In this document: positions 63,185 through 64,000 of the stretch, one piece after another
How the letters are laid out: each line of letters starts with the position of its first letter
Position numbering within the stretch: the first letter of the stretch is position 1
DNA from: Carcharhinus amblyrhynchos
Lineage: Eukaryota
Length of the DNA: 64,000 bases
NCBI GenBank assembly: GCA_965287045.1
Contig: OZ336883.1
Location: 47,306,001-47,370,000 of the forward strand
Direction: 5' to 3'
Notes under the pieces: model-generated
What the model saw: only the letters and a program-made list of their open reading frames with translations
The model's database searches: none
What the model was told of the DNA's origin: nothing
Program-made: the position numbers and the translations under genes

Positions 63185-63920
63185 TTCAATTTCTATTTAG
63201 ATAGCGTTTTAAACATTATAAAAGGCACTACACAAGCATTATAGGACTAAATATGACACTAAGCTGTGTGAGATATTGGGTCAAATGATCAAAAGCCTGG
63301 TCAAAGAGATTGGTTTTAAGGAGTGTCTTAATGTAAAAATCTAGGAAAGGCAGAGCAGGAATGCCACAAATTAAAGTCTAAGCAACTGAAGGCATAGTGC
63401 CCAGTGGCAGAATATGTAAGATCAGGGATGCTCTAGAGGCTGGAATTAGGGGCGCATAGAATTTTGGAGGGTAGTTCAGATGGAAAATTTTACAGTGATA
63501 GAGAGGGGCCAAACTACGCATTTGAAAATGAGAATGAGAATTTTAAATTCAAAGCATTGTTTAGCCAGGATCCAATGTGGGTCAGTGTGCACAGGGATAA
63601 TGCAGGAATGATATTTATTGCAGGTTAACAGAATTTTGGATGTCCTCAAGTTCACAGAGCAGAAGGAGGCTAGCCAAGGAGTGTGTTAGAATAGTCAAAA
63701 TTGGAGGTAATAATAGGAGATGATTTCAGCAGCTAAAGAACTGAGACGGGCAATATTACAGAGGTGGAAATAGTCTTGATGATGGTTTGGATCAGCCACA
63801 GAAGTTGCCAGAGGGAGATGGTATTGGTAGTAAGGGAGTGGAGTTTATGGCGGGAACCAAATTATTTCAGTTTTCTCAATAATTAAATGGAGGAAATTTC
63901 TGCTTATTCAGAACAGGTAA
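63185..63920 (-). mobile_element. L2-clade LINE 3' fragment
   Basis: Colinear with 13075-13640. L2 tail reads TTTAGATAGCGTTTTAAAC in reverse. Confidence 0.7.
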
Positions 63921-64000
63921 ATGTAAGGTACTCATTTCAGGAGCAACCCCCTTTAGCTCTTTTCATTTCCCACTTGACATAATGACTTTTATAATGTTTA

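Noticed and set aside
59000-64000. NFKBIA exons expected from synteny
   Set aside because: No ankyrin-repeat or IkB-alpha C-terminal coding sequence is recognisable. The gene probably lies beyond the window.

Overview
This is vertebrate nuclear DNA, almost certainly from an elasmobranch (shark), judged from HE1-type V-SINEs and abundant CR1 LINEs. It holds two spliced + strand genes. The first is the last three coding exons of PRORP/KIAA0391 (protein-only mitochondrial RNase P catalytic subunit, 18952-26221). The second is the complete 7-exon PSMA6 gene (proteasome alpha-6, 246 aa, 48255-58827). This is the same order and orientation as the human PRORP-PSMA6 locus. Most other sequence is nested transposon debris: several CR1 subfamilies (one near-full-length with an SGNH-esterase ORF1), a second CR1/L2-supergroup LINE with a partner SINE, L2, Rex1/Babar, RTE, Penelope-like elements, solo LTRs and MITEs. 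Nearly all supplied ORFs are TE fragments or noise. I see no new protein-coding system. The best leads are: (i) Penelope-derived palindromes carrying minimal hammerhead-ribozyme motifs, clustered around PSMA6, with an inverted pair bracketing its promoter and exon 1; (ii) a SINE whose body and tail both match a LINE's 5' region and 3' end; (iii) a V-SINE with two alternative 3' tails; (iv) templated or non-canonical insertions. Exon coordinates were counted exactly. TE boundaries are approximate, and family names come from remembered motifs, not database searches.
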